Assembly (NCBI RefSeq): GCF_018350175.1 | Contig: NC_058368.1 | Location: forward strand, 62,064,001-62,128,000 | DNA length: 64,000 bases | Reading direction: 5' to 3' | DNA from: Felis catus | Taxonomy: Eukaryota | Shown here: positions 1-13,540 of the stretch, one piece after another | Layout: every line of letters begins with the position of its first letter | Numbering within the stretch: position 1 is the stretch's first letter | Notes under the pieces: model-generated | What the model saw: the letters and a program-made list of their open reading frames with translations, nothing else | Databases searched by the model: none | What the model was told of the DNA's origin: nothing | Translations under genes and position numbers: made by a program

Positions 1-255
1 GCATCATCCAATTCATCTAGGTGTTGAATAGAACAAGTGGCCGAGGAAGGAGAACTTTGCCCCTTTTTGCCCACCTGACTCCAGCGTCCATCCTCAAAAT
101 GGAATGTACATCATTGGCTCTCCCAGTTCCCAGGCCTTTGAATCAGACTGAATTACACCACCAGATTTATTGGGTGTCCAGCTTACAGAAAGCAGATAGT
201 GCAGTGAGACTTTTCAGTCTCATATCATGTGAGTCAATTTCTCATAATAAATTTT
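1..255 (+). mobile_element. MLT2-like (ERVL) LTR fragment, truncated by window start
   Basis: Resembles the recalled MLT2 consensus: gcatcatccaat...gaatagaacaa...ctgaattacaccacca...gtgagtcaatttctcataataaa. Confidence 0.75.
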
Positions 256-269
256 GTTCCTCTGCTACG

Positions 270-1210
270 GAATAGAAACACAATTCTTTTTTGTGTTTAC
301 CTTGTTCCCTGCAACTTTGTTCAATGCACTTATCAGCTCTAGAATTTTCTTGTGGATTCTTTTCCATTTTCTATATATCAGATCATGCCATGTGTAGAGA
401 TTTTAAAGAATTTCTTCCTTTCTAATTTGGATACTTTTTATTTCTCTTGCTTATCTAATTGCTCTGGCAAGAACTTCCAGTACAATGTTGAATACTAGCT
501 ATGGAAGAGGATATTCTTGTCAAATTATTGATCTTAAGGGAAAAGCTTTCAGTGTTTCACTATTGAGTATCATGCTACCAATGGGTTTTTTCATAAATAC
601 CCTTTATCATGTGGAAGTTCTCTTTTTTTCTTAGGCTTCTGAGTGTTTTTACCATGAAATGTTAGATTTTTTTTTTTCAAATTACTTCTTCATCAGTTGA
701 GATGATCATTTTTTCCCTTCATTCCATTAATGTGATATATTACATTGTATTAACTTTCTTACATTGAATCACCCCTGTAATCTTGGAATAAATTCCACTT
801 TGCCGTGGTGTATAATAATTTTTGCATCCTATTGGATTTGGTTTGCTAGTGTTTTGTTGAAGATTTTTGACTCTGTATTCACTAGGGAAAAGGTTTATAC
901 AGTTTTCTTCCTGGGTAATGCTGGCTTTATAGAATGACTTTGGAAGAGTTTTTTCCTCTTCTAATGTTTTTGGAAAAGTTTGAGAAGGATTGTGGTTAAT
1001 TTTTCTTTAAATGTTTAATAGAATTTTACCAGTGAAGCCATATGGTCCTGAACTTTTCTTTGCTGGGAATTAATGGTTAGTGATTCCATCTGTTTAGTTG
1101 TTTTAGCTCTGTTGAAATTTTCTATTTCTTCTTAAACCAACATGGGTAATTTGTGTATTTCTCAGATTTTTTTCCATTTTATCTGGTATGTCTAATTTGT
1201 CATCACACAG
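270..1210 (-). mobile_element. Old L1 ORF2 (RT region) fragment
   Basis: T-rich antisense L1 motifs: ctctggcaagaacttccagtacaatgttgaata, aaagctttcagtgtttcactattgagtat, ccagtgaagccatatggtcctgaacttttc. Confidence 0.85.
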
Positions 1211-4139
1211 ATCTTTAAAGCCTTTCAATAGTGTCTCACAAACCTATCATCAGTTCCATCTTTGTTATTCTGTTTTTCCTGTCTATGATTCAGTTCAGAA
1301 AATTCTAATCAACCTGTCTTTGATTTCACTGATCCTATGTTCAGTGTTCTGCTGAATTCCAATTAAGTCCTAACAATGATTTCTTGGTTTCAAATATTTA
1401 ATTTTTCAATTATAGAATGTTCTTTTAGTTTTTTTCAGAGATATTTTCTTTGTTTAAATATATCCTTTTATTCACTCAGACTAATATCATTTATTTATTT
1501 GTTTGTTTATATTTTACTAATTCCGACAATTTGGCTATCTTTTATCCTGCTTGTGTTGTTCTATTTATTTCTGTTATTCTGAATCTCATTTATTTATTTC
1601 TTTATATGTTAACCTGTCCATATGAAAGAATCCTGGCACCAAATTTATGTTTTTTTTTTTTCTTTCCATAGAGAAGGCAAGTATCTTTCACTATTAGAAA
1701 AATAGAGTAAGGGCTGAATACTTAGATCCATTTGGAATTGAACTAGGTCAGGGCTGGGATGTATATTCAGTTGACCTAAGTTCACTTGTGATTTTAAATG
1801 TCTTGATGACAGAACTGTTGGATAATTGTCTCTTCCTCTTCAGCCCAGTGTCTACAAGCGTCACCTAAGCACTCAACAACATCATCAGGGTGAAAACATT
1901 GGATGGGGAAACCAGTCATGTGTTCTAATCTGGTTACAAGGCCATTGAAACTTCCCTCATTTTATTTTCACCAACCCAGTTCTTTTACAGATGGCAACCC
2001 CATCTTCCAAGAGTGCTCAGAATCACACATGCCCATAAACAGGAAAATAGCTACTGCTCTCACTGTGTGCAATGGTCTGGTGCAAATTTCCACATCCTGA
2101 ACAGAAGCAGAACTCCTTTTACTTTTCTCATATCCATTTTTTTTCATATTTTAACATCTCTGACCATGGGATACATCTGAAAACTTTGGCCTTGCACAAC
2201 TATTGTTAGTTGTCAGCCAGAATATAATTGTATGAGCCATGCATGCGTACAATATACAAACTTGACCATGGCTTTTCATATTTTTGACATTTCAATTGAA
2301 TTATGTTATTATTGTTATACATCTTCTGTATTTAATTGCTTTTCAAATGTCTTTGAAAGGATGACATTATAAATTAGATTGAGATACTAAGTCATTTTAA
2401 TTCAGAAAGGCACTAAAACAGAGAGCAATAACTTCTATGAGTGAAGCAAATAATCATTGTCAGAATAATAATTACAATTTAATTATTTATTTCAAGGAAA
2501 CAACCAAGTGCTTAATGAAAACCAAGGACAATGCCTGCAAGCAGATACAACTTTGTTATATTTTGCTACTGAGGTATGTGCAAAAATATGGATAATTACA
2601 AACTGAGCAAAGAAAGTCAAGACAGAAGAATTGACCAAATCCCACAGAAGAGATGAAAGGTATTTTAATGTAATGAGAGGCTGGTCACATCTTGTTCAGT
2701 ATCATCATGAAAACATGAATATCAATTTGTCAGAGACTTCCTATGCCTTAAACAAAAAGGGTTTAAAATTTAGATATACGTGAACTTACTGAGAGAAAGA
2801 TGAAAGGTCATTTCAGAAATAAGGAAGTAGCAGCAACCAATTTATAGAATAGGGGTCAGTGTCTTGGAAAAGCATTCTGGAAAAAGAATAGATGGAACAA
2901 TATTTCAAGAAATGCTATATCATCAGCAGGTTTTCGATTGTGCAAAAAAGGATTGTGCCAACAATCCGTTGATGCTACAAAAGATCATATTGTGTGGGAA
3001 AAGATGTTACTGATGACAATAAATACAAAGCGACTTAGAAAAGCCAATTTAAAGAGTTGCCATTTAATGCGTATATGCGCAGGAGTTACATGTTAAACAA
3101 CAGTCTAAATGCATCTAAACCACTCAATAGTATGAAATAAAAATTTTAAATAATAAAAGATAGTGGTAAAGTTTAACTTATATACATTTTCTTTCCTGGT
3201 GTATAAAATAATGTTAACTCTTCATATTTATAGCATCAGAGGATTAACTACTGTATAAATTAACACATTAAATACCTAAAGAAGGTTATTCCAACATCCT
3301 TGATAAAGTGAAATTATCTACTAAATATATAATATTGTGCATATACATTTCATATTATCTTCTACAGTTAAATTTCCTATTTACTATTAATGTCCATCTC
3401 AACTAACTATATATTTTATATGACCGTAAGCTCTGTGAGAGTAGAAACGAAGTGAAAATATTACCATTGTATTGTCACCATATTATCACTACGATTTAGC
3501 ATTTTTCTGGAACATTGCAGTTTCTTTATAAATATGTATTTTTTGAATGAATATACAGGATAGAGAGGTTTAAAGAGGACGGAGAGTCACTCATATGGAG
3601 GGAAAAGTGAGAATAAAAATACAAATTTGGGGGATAACTGGTTGAGTACTAGAAATTGAGAAGCTGAAGTTCAGAAACTCTAGAAGATGTTGACATGATG
3701 ACTAAAAGCTAAAATTAGGGAAAATGTGTAGAGAATGAGGTCTTAAAACAATATTTAATTTTTAATTAAGAAAATAAAATTATTTCCTAAAATGTAATGC
3801 ATATATGATGCATGTATGATTTTAAAACCTGTCTTTCCAAAAAGTGTTATTAGTAAATTAAAATCATTAATCTGTACTCACATGACTATAGAAATTACTT
3901 ATTTATTATTGCCTCAAAATTCCCGTAAAGTTTCACAATAGTTTAGAGATTGTGTGATTTCATTGGGTAACCTGACAAGGAGGAAGATCTGTTCTGATTC
4001 CTAAAATGGAGGTTCTAATGTTGTTTGAGTCAAACACTTCCCTTTCTTTTTTGATGAATTGCATCAAATTTAATTTCATGCAAAACCATGATGCATTTAT
4101 GTATCTGAACCGGCTCATATTTCATTTGTTCAATAGGCT

Positions 4140-4660
4140 TTTAAAATTAATTCAACAAATATTTGTTTAATACTTATATATCGAGCACAGTACCAGGAAC
4201 TAATGTTAAAATGGAAAATAAGGAAGACAAAGTTTCTTATTTCATGGTCGTTTATATTCTTGGGATAAGTAAGACAACAATAATGCCATAAAAGTCATGA
4301 TACACTTTATTAATGAAAGTGACCAATATCTGAGAAAGATAACTGGTAGGTGAGAATCTACTTTAAACTTATGCCAGAATAAGTCTCTCAATGACATTTT
4401 AAGTTTCAGCTGTGATCTAAAAGATAAAATGCAAAAAGCTATAGGTAGAGCCAGGTATGGAGTTATTTCCAGCCTCACACAGGCAAATGTCCCAATATGA
4501 GAAAAGCCTAATACGTTCAAAGAACTTAAACAGATCTAGCTAGAGAACAATGAGCCAAAGACACTATCACAAAATTAGTTGGGTTAGGGAGAAGAAAGAT
4601 AACAAAACAGAGAATCAGATGGTAAAGCCATCATAATGGATTAAAAGTTCAGTAGCACTT
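4140..4660 (-). mobile_element. L2 fragment (approximate limits)
   Basis: attcaacaaatatttgtttaatacttata...cacagtaccaggaact resembles the antisense L2 3' end; highly diverged. Confidence 0.45.
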
Positions 4661-4737
4661 CAGCTGCTACTTAATAGGAAAAAAGTCTGAGAAGACTAAA
4701 ATTTCCATCACTGAAGCATATTTACATAGAGAAAACT

Positions 4738-4950
4738 GGGGCTCCTGGGTGGCCCAGTCGGTTAAGCGTCCTGCTTCAGCTCAGGTCATGATCTCACGGT
4801 CCGTGAGTTCGAGCCTCACATCGGACTCTGTGCTGACAGCTCAGAGCCTGGAGCCTGCTTCGGATTCTTCATCTCCCTCTCTCTCTGACCCTCCCCCGTT
4901 CATGCTCTGCCTCTCTCTGTCTCAAAAATAAATAAACATTAAAAAATTTT
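4738..4950 (+). mobile_element. CAN-SINE (SINEC_Fc-type), host of a nested SINE in its tail
   Basis: tRNA-derived head, (CT)n tract, aaaataaataaacatt tail; outer TSD atagagaa(a/g)actg at 4726-4738 and 5205-5217. Confidence 0.95.
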
Positions 4951-4965
4951 AAAAAAACACTTAAA

Positions 4966-5182
4966 GGGGCGCCTGGGTGGTGCAGTCGGTTAAGTGTCCG
5001 ACTTCAGCCAGGTGGCGATCTCGCGGTCCGTGAGTTGGAGCCCCGCGTCAGGCTCTGGGCTGATGGCTCGGAGCCTGGAGCCTGTTTCCGATTCTGTGTC
5101 TCCCTCTCTCTCTGCCCCTCGCCCGTTCATGCTCTGTCTCTCTCTGTCCCAAAAATAAATAAACGTTGAAAAAAAAATTAAA
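4966..5182 (+). mobile_element. Young CAN-SINE (SINEC_Fc) nested in the poly-A tail of the preceding SINE
   Basis: Full head, CT tract and tail, CpG-rich; TSD aaaaaaacacttaaa at 4951-4965 and 5183-5197. Confidence 0.95.
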
Positions 5183-5884
5183 AAAAAAACACTTAAAAAA
5201 ATAAATAGAGAAGACTGTCTGAATACAACAAATATCTTGCAAGGCAGCCAGATGCCAATGAGAACAGAAGAAGCTCATTGAGCCAAGTGGAATTTTTTGC
5301 ACACCACTCTTCCTCTTGGGAATCTGCTGATTCTTCTATGGAGAAAAAGACTGATGAGAATCTGGACAGATAAAGGCTTCAGGGAGACAGAAGCCAGAAT
5401 TGTTTAGGCAATCCAAGGGGAGATAAAAGTTGTAGTTTAAGGTTATCAAACAGCCAGGTCCTTAGTGACCAAGGCACAGGAGCTAACAGAATGCAGAGAA
5501 GTAAGCCTGATACTCAGTATCAGGTTTCCCCTTAAGAGTTAGCTGATTGAGTTCCAAAGACAAAAAGTTGAGAGAGTTTAGGATAGTTAAGATAGCTAGA
5601 ACTTTGCTACTGTGAACATAGAAGTGGTAGTTTGATTTCTAAGAATTATCTGCACATTAATTAGTTGATATATCTTGTGGCTGTATATCGATTCACACAG
5701 CACTCCTCTGCTATATGTTGTAAGGCTCTCCTTAAGTTTAACTTGCCTGACCGCCTCATTTAAGATGACAACCTTTTCCTTTTGTGCTGTATTTTATTTC
5801 CAGCAATTAGCATTGTGTAATATACTATGCATTTTACATATTTGTGTATTACTTATTTTCATCCTTTAAGAGTTTTTGCTGATT

Positions 5885-6317
5885 GTATTAGTGCCTGGAA
5901 AACTTTGTGTTCTTCCTGGAACCTTAGAATGTGAAATTATTTAGAAATGGAGTCATTACAGATATAACTGGTTAAGTCAAGATTAGGTTACACTGGAGTA
6001 GGGTAGATCATTAATTCAATATCCGTATAAGAACAGGAGAAAAGACACAGGTAAAAGGCCATGTGAGGAAGGAGGCAGAGGCTGGAGTTATACTGCCATT
6101 AACCAAGGCATGCTAACGATGGCCAGCGACCACCAGAAGTTGGGAGAGAGGCATGAAGCACAATATTCTTCTGAGACCCCCAAGAAAGAATTAACTCTGC
6201 CAGCATCTTGATTTCAGACTTCTATCTTCCAGAACAGTGAAAGAATGTATTTTTGTTATTTTAAGCTACTCAAATTGTGGTACTTTATTCCAGTGGGCCT
6301 GAGAAACTAATAATACA
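5885..6317 (+). mobile_element. MaLR MLT1-type solo LTR (MLT1C-like)
   Basis: TG...CA ends; motifs gaaggaggcagaggctggagtta, cttgatttcagacttctatcttccagaac, tgtggtactttatt. Confidence 0.85.
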
Positions 6318-6956
6318 GTATAGAGTCCTTGAGAGTGAAGATTTTTATCTTTTATTTTTTTAATTGCCGAAACACAACCTTCTAGTTATGGACTGTATTA
6401 TTATCATTATTACATAGCTTTCACTTCTTGAGATAGTGTCCCAAGAGTTTATTGATACAGTCTTTTAAAATTCACATAACACCTATGAGCTATTTATAGA
6501 TGAGGGAAATATTTTTTTTGTTTTTTTAAGTCACATAGTTTAATGTTGGTTTATAATTCAAATTAGAGTTTATGTTTTTTTTCAAAGTCTTTGTTTTCAA
6601 AAAATGCTGCACTGTAGTCTTAACCATGTCATTTCTCTTCCTTCCTCCCCATTCCTCTCTCCCTTCCTCCTCCCTTCCTCCCTTCCTTCTTCACTGTCTA
6701 CTTCCATCTGTCTTTTCTTTTTAACAAAACTAAATAAGAGAAGCTTACATTTAAAATTATCAATGAATTACAATCTCTGGCAGTGCTGATAAGCTTCAGC
6801 ACCAATACTGAAATTTTCCTCAATGTTTTCATATTAGACAAAAGGCATGCTAAGACCCCCTTTACTCTCGTCAAATGACTTTTACCAATAACATTCTACA
6901 TAATAAAAGATCCAGAGTTTTAAATTAAGCTCATCACCATCTCAATTATATTTTCT

Positions 6957-7175
6957 TTTCTTTAAATATTTTTAAGTTTATTTTTGAGAGACAGAGACAG
7001 AGTGTGAGTAGGGGAGGAGCAGAGAAAGAGGGAGACCCAGAATCCTAAGCAGGCTCCAGGCTCTGGACTGTCAGCACAGAGCCCGACATGGGGCTCGAAC
7101 TCGAACTCATGAACCTTGAAGTCATGACCTGAGCAAAAGTCAGCCACTTAACTGACTGAGCCACCCAGGCACCCC
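6957..7175 (-). mobile_element. CAN-SINE
   Basis: Antisense SINE ending ccacccaggcacccc; TSD ctcaattat(a/g)ttttct at 6941-6956 and 7175-7190. Confidence 0.95.
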
Positions 7176-8186
7176 TCAATTATGTTTTCTAGCAATATAT
7201 ATTAATTCTTAAAAATTTGTTATTTGAGTAAATGTTAGTGTTTATGTATTAATTATGTGACTATGCCATAGGTTATATTTTGAATTCCTATACATCTTTC
7301 CTAGGATCAAAATACACATTTTAAGAAGTGCAGTATTTAATTTTTCACTTTTAATTTCAACACCTTGTCATCTAAAGTATGTAAATGTCTTATAAGACAA
7401 ATGGATATTTTTTCAGAAGTGTTAATGATAAAATCATCATCTGGTTTAAATAGATTACATTTCATTTTATTAACAACATACAGTGTAATTTTTCAAATTT
7501 CTGTTGTGTTGTGGTCAACCAACCAATATTCAAATGTAAACAACCAAATTTATCTTCAAACACACTTAAAATTACAGTACAAGCAATTGACCAAATATTT
7601 AAATTGGCCAAGAGTGCATTTAGCAGACTTCTATGTTATCTGGCTAAGCTTGCTCCACCCATTATTAGAAGCAAGTGCTTAGACATTATGTATGTTTAAT
7701 TTATTTTTTGGTATTATTTTAGTTGCAGTGAGGCTGCACTGTGAAGATAAACTTTGGACATCCTGGCTTATAATGTGCTCTACCTGATTTTTGTATTACC
7801 TTTTATGCCTACAGAGATTTGCATTCATTATTATTGTAGAATGCCTACAGATTACCTTTGAATATCTAACAAGTGCTTTTGATACATTATGGGTGTGAGA
7901 TTTAATAGTCTTGGGAAGCTTAAATTGTATTAAACTTTTATTAACTGAGGATTTTCTCTATATAATTGAATAACTCAAAGCTCTGACAGCTAACATGACT
8001 TAACAAAGATTAAATCTTCACATTAAGTTAAAAATAACTTTTATAATTTGACTTAAGAAAGTAAATAAGTGGAAATAAAGTTTCAGTAAACATCATCTAT
8101 ATTTTTTGCTTAGAGTTATATTTACTTATGTTACTCATGACCTAAAGGAGTCTTCATAAAAATAAGTTTGAAGATTTTTTTCCCCC

Positions 8187-8420
8187 AGGTACCTGGGTGG
8201 CTCAGTTGGTTGGGTGGGCCACTGACTTTGGCTCAGGTTATGATCTCGAGGTTCGTGAGTTCGAGCCCCACATCAGGCTCTGTGCTGACAGCTCAGAGCC
8301 TAGAGCTTGCTTCAGGTTCTGTGTCTCCCTCTCTCTCTGCCCCTCCCCTGCTCATGCTCTGTCTTTCTTTCTCTCTCTCTCTCTCTCAAAAATAAACATT
8401 TAAAATTTTTTTTAAAAATT
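8187..8420 (+). mobile_element. CAN-SINE
   Basis: Head cctgggtggctcagttggtt, gttcgagcccc B-box, CT tract, A-rich tail. Confidence 0.93.
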
Positions 8421-9084
8421 AAAGGATTTGTCTTCTTTGAAAATAGTCTTGTATTATAAATTCTGATGCACCATAAACATTAAAAATTCATTTTTATTTT
8501 ATATTAAAGCTTTTTTTTATTTTTTTTGTTCATTAGCACATGATATTTGCATACTTCAATGCAAATCATATTACCATATCTTCAAGACTAATTTTTTTGG
8601 TATTAGCTTTTAAATAAAGTAAGTCAAACATATCGCCTTATTATGTTCATTGACATTACTTCCCTCAATGCATTTTATGTTACTTAAATTCTTATACTGT
8701 ATGTGCATGAGGTCAGGAAAGCCTTTGCAAAAGCTTAATATGCTTCAATGGCTGATTAATTTCTGAAATTTCATGATAAGTGTAATTTTACTACAAGATA
8801 TGACTTCTTTATTAATTACTAATTGCCTTTTAGGGATGAGGTGATATAATTTGATACATAGTACAAATCAGGAATTATGAATATCCATGCATATTGTACA
8901 TATATAAGATGATGAAATAACATTGAAACTACTTCTGTAGTGCTTTTTAATGGATTTAATTTTCTTTACATAAAGATGAAATCTCCCAATTTTTCCTCCT
9001 CTTTCTCACTCTCCTCTTAATCTTCATATTTCTCTTTTTTCGTTTTCCTTTGTTTTTAAATCTTAGCATTTAAAAATTAGCCAG

Positions 9085-9290
9085 TATTAGCACAGACATT
9101 GATGTCAGACAGCCCTGAGTCTTTTCTCCACCAATATTTATCTGTGTAAACTTGGAAAAGTAACTTTATTCCTATAAGATTTGAATTTCTATAAAATAGG
9201 AATTAGTATAGATTTTAACCCAAGGTTACTAGGAGGAATATTATAAAAATATAGGAAGAGTGTATATTATATCCACACACATAGCACTAA
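9085..9290 (+). mobile_element. MIR fragment
   Basis: MIR core-like tgtgtaaacttggaaaagtaact...tttctataaaatagg. Confidence 0.55.
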
Positions 9291-9960
9291 TGTGTTAATA
9301 TACATTGAATATATTGCATAATGAAATTAATGTATTATAACATTTACTATGTGTTAACTGGGTTTCAGTACAACTTATCTGATATTGATGATAGTGCCAA
9401 TGGGAATAATCACTTTATAGTGATTATTTACTATGAGACAATAATGTGAAATACATGCCACAGTTCAATGTTAATGTTATCCTTTAGAGGCATATATTAT
9501 GACTATTTTGCAGATGGGGCTCAGAGAGATAAAGTGACTACCTCATGTTATAAAGGTATTAAATAACAAAGCTGATTTTAAGATCTATACTGTATTAAAA
9601 ATATCATGTTCCACATAGTAAAGGATTTTTAATTATTTAAAATTAAATAGCAATTGGAGGATGAAGAAAAATTATATATATATTCATGGGATATATAACA
9701 AGACATTATTGGGCATTGGCCATGTTTTGAGTTCTGAGTGTTGTGGAGAATACAAAGACAGTCAAGTTGTTTATTTCTGTGCTGAGGTGGATTAGCAGAG
9801 TAACAAGAGAAGAAACTGGAAAGAGACTCAGTTCCAGTGATGGTATGGGCACCAGACACAGACCAATGGAAGTGAGATCCATATACAGGGCATAGTGTTC
9901 AAAAACAAGATAGTGACAGTTGAAGCAGGAAAGGGGTATTAGAAGGATGAAACCAAAGAT

Positions 9961-10150
9961 AGGGTTCTTGGGTGGCTCAGTCGGTTAAGCATCCGACTCT
10001 TGATTTCAGCACAGGTCATGATCTCTTGGATAAGGCCCCACATCAGGCTCTGTGCTGACAGCACGTAGTCTGCTTAGGACTCTCTCTCTCCCTATTTACC
10101 CCTCACCAACTATTTCCCTCAAAAATAAATAAATAAACATTAAAAAAATA
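9961..10150 (+). mobile_element. Older CAN-SINE
   Basis: gggtggctcagtcggttaagcatccgactcttgatttcagc...aaaataaataaataaacatt. Confidence 0.9.
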
Positions 10151-10589
10151 AGTGTGTTCCTAGACAGATGAGTCACTTAGTGATGGAAATTTCAGGACCA
10201 TTTCAAAATCAGATATCGAGAAAGACAACTATGCATTTGCAGTTTAGGAAAGTCTTTTAGATGTTAGCAGGGATTATGCTACATGGTGGAGGACACTCTC
10301 AGTCTTCTTGAGGGAAGAAGACTTCTTGAATTTAAGAAGTACTAGAAATAAATACCTGGAACACTTCATCCACATGAAGAAGGGAGTATGAACATGGGCA
10401 AATGAGGCCATAAATACGGTGACAGAATCAGAGCAAAAGATGGGCATCATGTGAATTGACCAGATAATGAAGCTAGCTAAAGTTCCTTGATTTACCCTTC
10501 CCTGAACTAGTGTTGGCCTGAAATCTGAGCCTACCCACACAGCTACTTTTCTTTGTGCTCAGACCATATTAACTAATTAAGGGACACAT

Positions 10590-11200
10590 ACTTCATTCAT
10601 TATTTTTCCATTCATTTATTCACTGATTTATTTACAAATATGTTTTGAATAACTTCTTCCAGTCAGGCATTGATTTACACACCAGGAGCTTATGAATGAA
10701 TTAAATGCAATACTTTCTTTTAAGAAGCTTTTATTTAATGAGATATTCAGAGAAGTAAACAAATCATTACAATATACTATGATGTATTTAAATACAAGTT
10801 TTCAGGAAAACTAACTTAATCCAATCTTGAGGATGGCAAAGTTATTTGGAGAGGTATGAGGTCTAACTTGCCTTGAGAGTAAATTACCAGTTTTCTACTT
10901 GAAAGGTCTAGAGAAGTCAACCTTTGAAAACATCTATAAATAACAGAATATACTTATCTAGGAATGCCAAGATGTTCAGTAAGACTAGATAAAGGTCTGC
11001 TAATGATCAGAGTATGGGTATTGGCAAAGTACAATGATCAAGAACCAAAAAAAGGCCTATTTACCATACAAGTTTTCAATCTATCTGAAAGCAAGGGGAA
11101 GTATATAAGATTTGGGTCTTAGAAAGGTTGCCATTACTGATGTATGAAAGATAAACTGAAGAGGGATAGGATTGAGGAAGCAGAGCAAACAGTATATAGT
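10590..11200 (-). mobile_element. L2 fragment (approximate limits)
   Basis: cattcatt...tttacaaatatgttttgaataacttcttccagtcaggcatt resembles the antisense L2 3' end. Confidence 0.45.
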
Positions 11201-11759
11201 TACAATCTAAAATGGTGTTTAGAGGCGATGACACTAAATGAGATAGTGAGATAAGTGATTGACAGATGGATGATTGATAGACAAACAGACACAGAGGAAT
11301 GAGGCCTATCTGTACAGAGGAATGAGGCCTTATTCCTCTGTGCTGAGAAAAATAAGGTCCCATTTCCTTCCATAACCAAGATATAAATACTTGAGCCTCA
11401 GACAGCCTACTTGTCAAAAATAATTTCACCAACACCTTTTACCCAGCAATTTGTGAGAGTTTTCAAAGATTTAGCCTCATATGTTTTCAGAAAAAAAACC
11501 TTTCAGGTTATTATCAGGCTTTCTCGTCTTCCACAAACTTGATGTTTTTGTTGTTATCAACAACCTAATTTCAGCAACCTTCTCTGTAACTATGACTTTC
11601 GTCTGCCTGAAACCAGAGGAGAGGCTGCCCTCTTCTGTACTTCTCAGTACAATAGGAAGTCTCTCCTAATTCTCCTAAGCACAACCTGGTAACTGCATGT
11701 ACATTTTAATGAGTATTTTCTTACAGTCCAATGATAATGAGGCACAGTGCAACAAGGAC

Positions 11760-11950
11760 CAGTAGTCCAAGGTCAGCATGCATAAGAATCATTAAACAAA
11801 CATGGAGAGCTCGTTAAAACATACATGCCCAGACCCATTCCCAGCAATTTTGATTCCGTGGGGCTAGAGTAAACTCCAACATATTACATTGCTAGTACGC
11901 TTCCAGGTAATGATGATAATTTTAGTCCATAGATCTTACTCTGTATAACA
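11760..11950. mobile_element. MER5-like hAT MITE
   Basis: gcataagaatca...gagagctcgttaaaa...cccagacccattcccagcaattttgattc...cttccaggtaatgatgat resembles MER5A. Confidence 0.65.
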
Positions 11951-12931
11951 AAGGTCTATAGAACTTCCCAAACTAAAGCATAACCTCATGTCTCTTAAAA
12001 GATCTCGTCCTCTTATTTGTATCTGCCTTTAAATTGCTGATCCCTCTTCTAAATGTAACTGACCTTCTCTATTTTGGAAAGTCCTTGGCGGGGTGGGGGG
12101 GTGGGAAGGGCAACCCCTTGTCTTGAGAATTTTCCTCCCATTCCATGCAAAGAATATATCGTCAATTCCTCACATATTGCCTAAGATTATTATTTAATAG
12201 AGATAAACACTAACAGAATATTTAATTTCCTTTAGGAAAACTTTCTCTAAAAGATACAGTCTGTTGTCATCAATACAATTTTTATTCCATTTATTTAAGT
12301 ATTTGTTAATACTTGTGTGGGACTTACTATGTACTTCTAAACACCATAAAAAGATGAATCAATTTAATATTTATAAATTTATTAGAAGGTATACAATGCT
12401 ATTAACCCTCTGTACAAATATCAAAACTGAAATACAGAGTTTAAGTAAATTTCTCATCCTCACACAACTAATTACAAAGAATGTGATCTAGTTATAGACT
12501 CCATCCTCCTGGCTACTATTTTGTGTTCTCTCACCATTTTGCTCTACAGCCACTCAAAATCTGTATTATTTTATCTTTTCATGTCTACCTGTTTGTACCA
12601 GAAGGTAACTGTAAAGTTTGTGCAGAAGGCAGGATGGCAATGGCACTGGGAACAGGGATCAAAATGTTAGAACAAGAGAGATAAGGCCACAAGTGCAACT
12701 TGCATCTGTACTGTGTTTCTGGCATTATAAATGTTGATCTTTTCTTTGAAAGGGATCATTGTGACATAGGGGATAGAAAGGAAGGCTGATCTCAGCTTCA
12801 GTCAAATGGACACATGTAGGGCAGAGAATGAATTATAAACCATCGCTAGAAAAAAAAATAAAGAATACCTTGGGGCCTGGGTTGGAATCAAAATAGGAAG
12901 AAATAGCAGCACAGAACAGAATAAACAGGAA

Positions 12932-13540
12932 GGAATTTTGATAGAGATTACATGAATTTGTACATTGCTTTAGGTTAAAATGGACATTTTAACAATATTA
13001 ATTTGTCCAATCCACAAGAATGGAATATTTTTCCATTTATTTGTGTCTTTTCCAATTTGTTAAACTCTCGTAGTTTTCAATATAAAGGTCTTTCACATCC
13101 TTGGCTGAATTTATTCCTAGATATTTTATTCCTTTTGATGCAATTTTAAGTGGGACTGGTTTCTTAATTTCTCTTTCTGATAGTTCATTTATTAGTGTAT
13201 AAAATCACAACATACTTTTGGGTATATTTTTATATTCTGCAGCTTTACTGGAGTCATCGATTAGTTCTAACAGTTTTTTGGTGGAGTCTTTAGAGATTTC
13301 GATATACGTTATCTGCAGATAGTGGCAATTTTACTTCTTTCTTTCTAATTTGGATGTTTTTTATTTCTTTTTCTTGCCTAATTTATTGGCCTAGGAGTCC
13401 AATGCTATGTTAAATAAAGGTGGCCAGAATGGACATCCTTGTCTTGTTCCTGGCCTTAGAGGGAAAGCTTTTGGTTTTTCACCATTGAGTATATGTTAGC
13501 TGTGTGATTGTCATATATAGCTTTTATTGTGCTGAGGTAT
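12932..13540 (-). mobile_element. L1 ORF2 (RT region) fragment
   Basis: ggaattttgatagagattacatgaatttgta...ggacatccttgtcttgttcc...ctgaggtat, antisense L1 ORF2. Confidence 0.9.

Noticed and set aside
4738..4815. tRNA-like A-box and B-box sequences
   Set aside because: They are tRNA-derived SINE heads followed by CT tracts and poly-A tails, not tRNA genes.
4749..4931. Recurrent ORFs such as MAQSVKRP...QVMISRSVSSS...LTAQSLEPASDS (also 8168, 14945, 32875, 40723, 60778 and others)
   Set aside because: These are translations of CAN-SINE copies, not a protein family.
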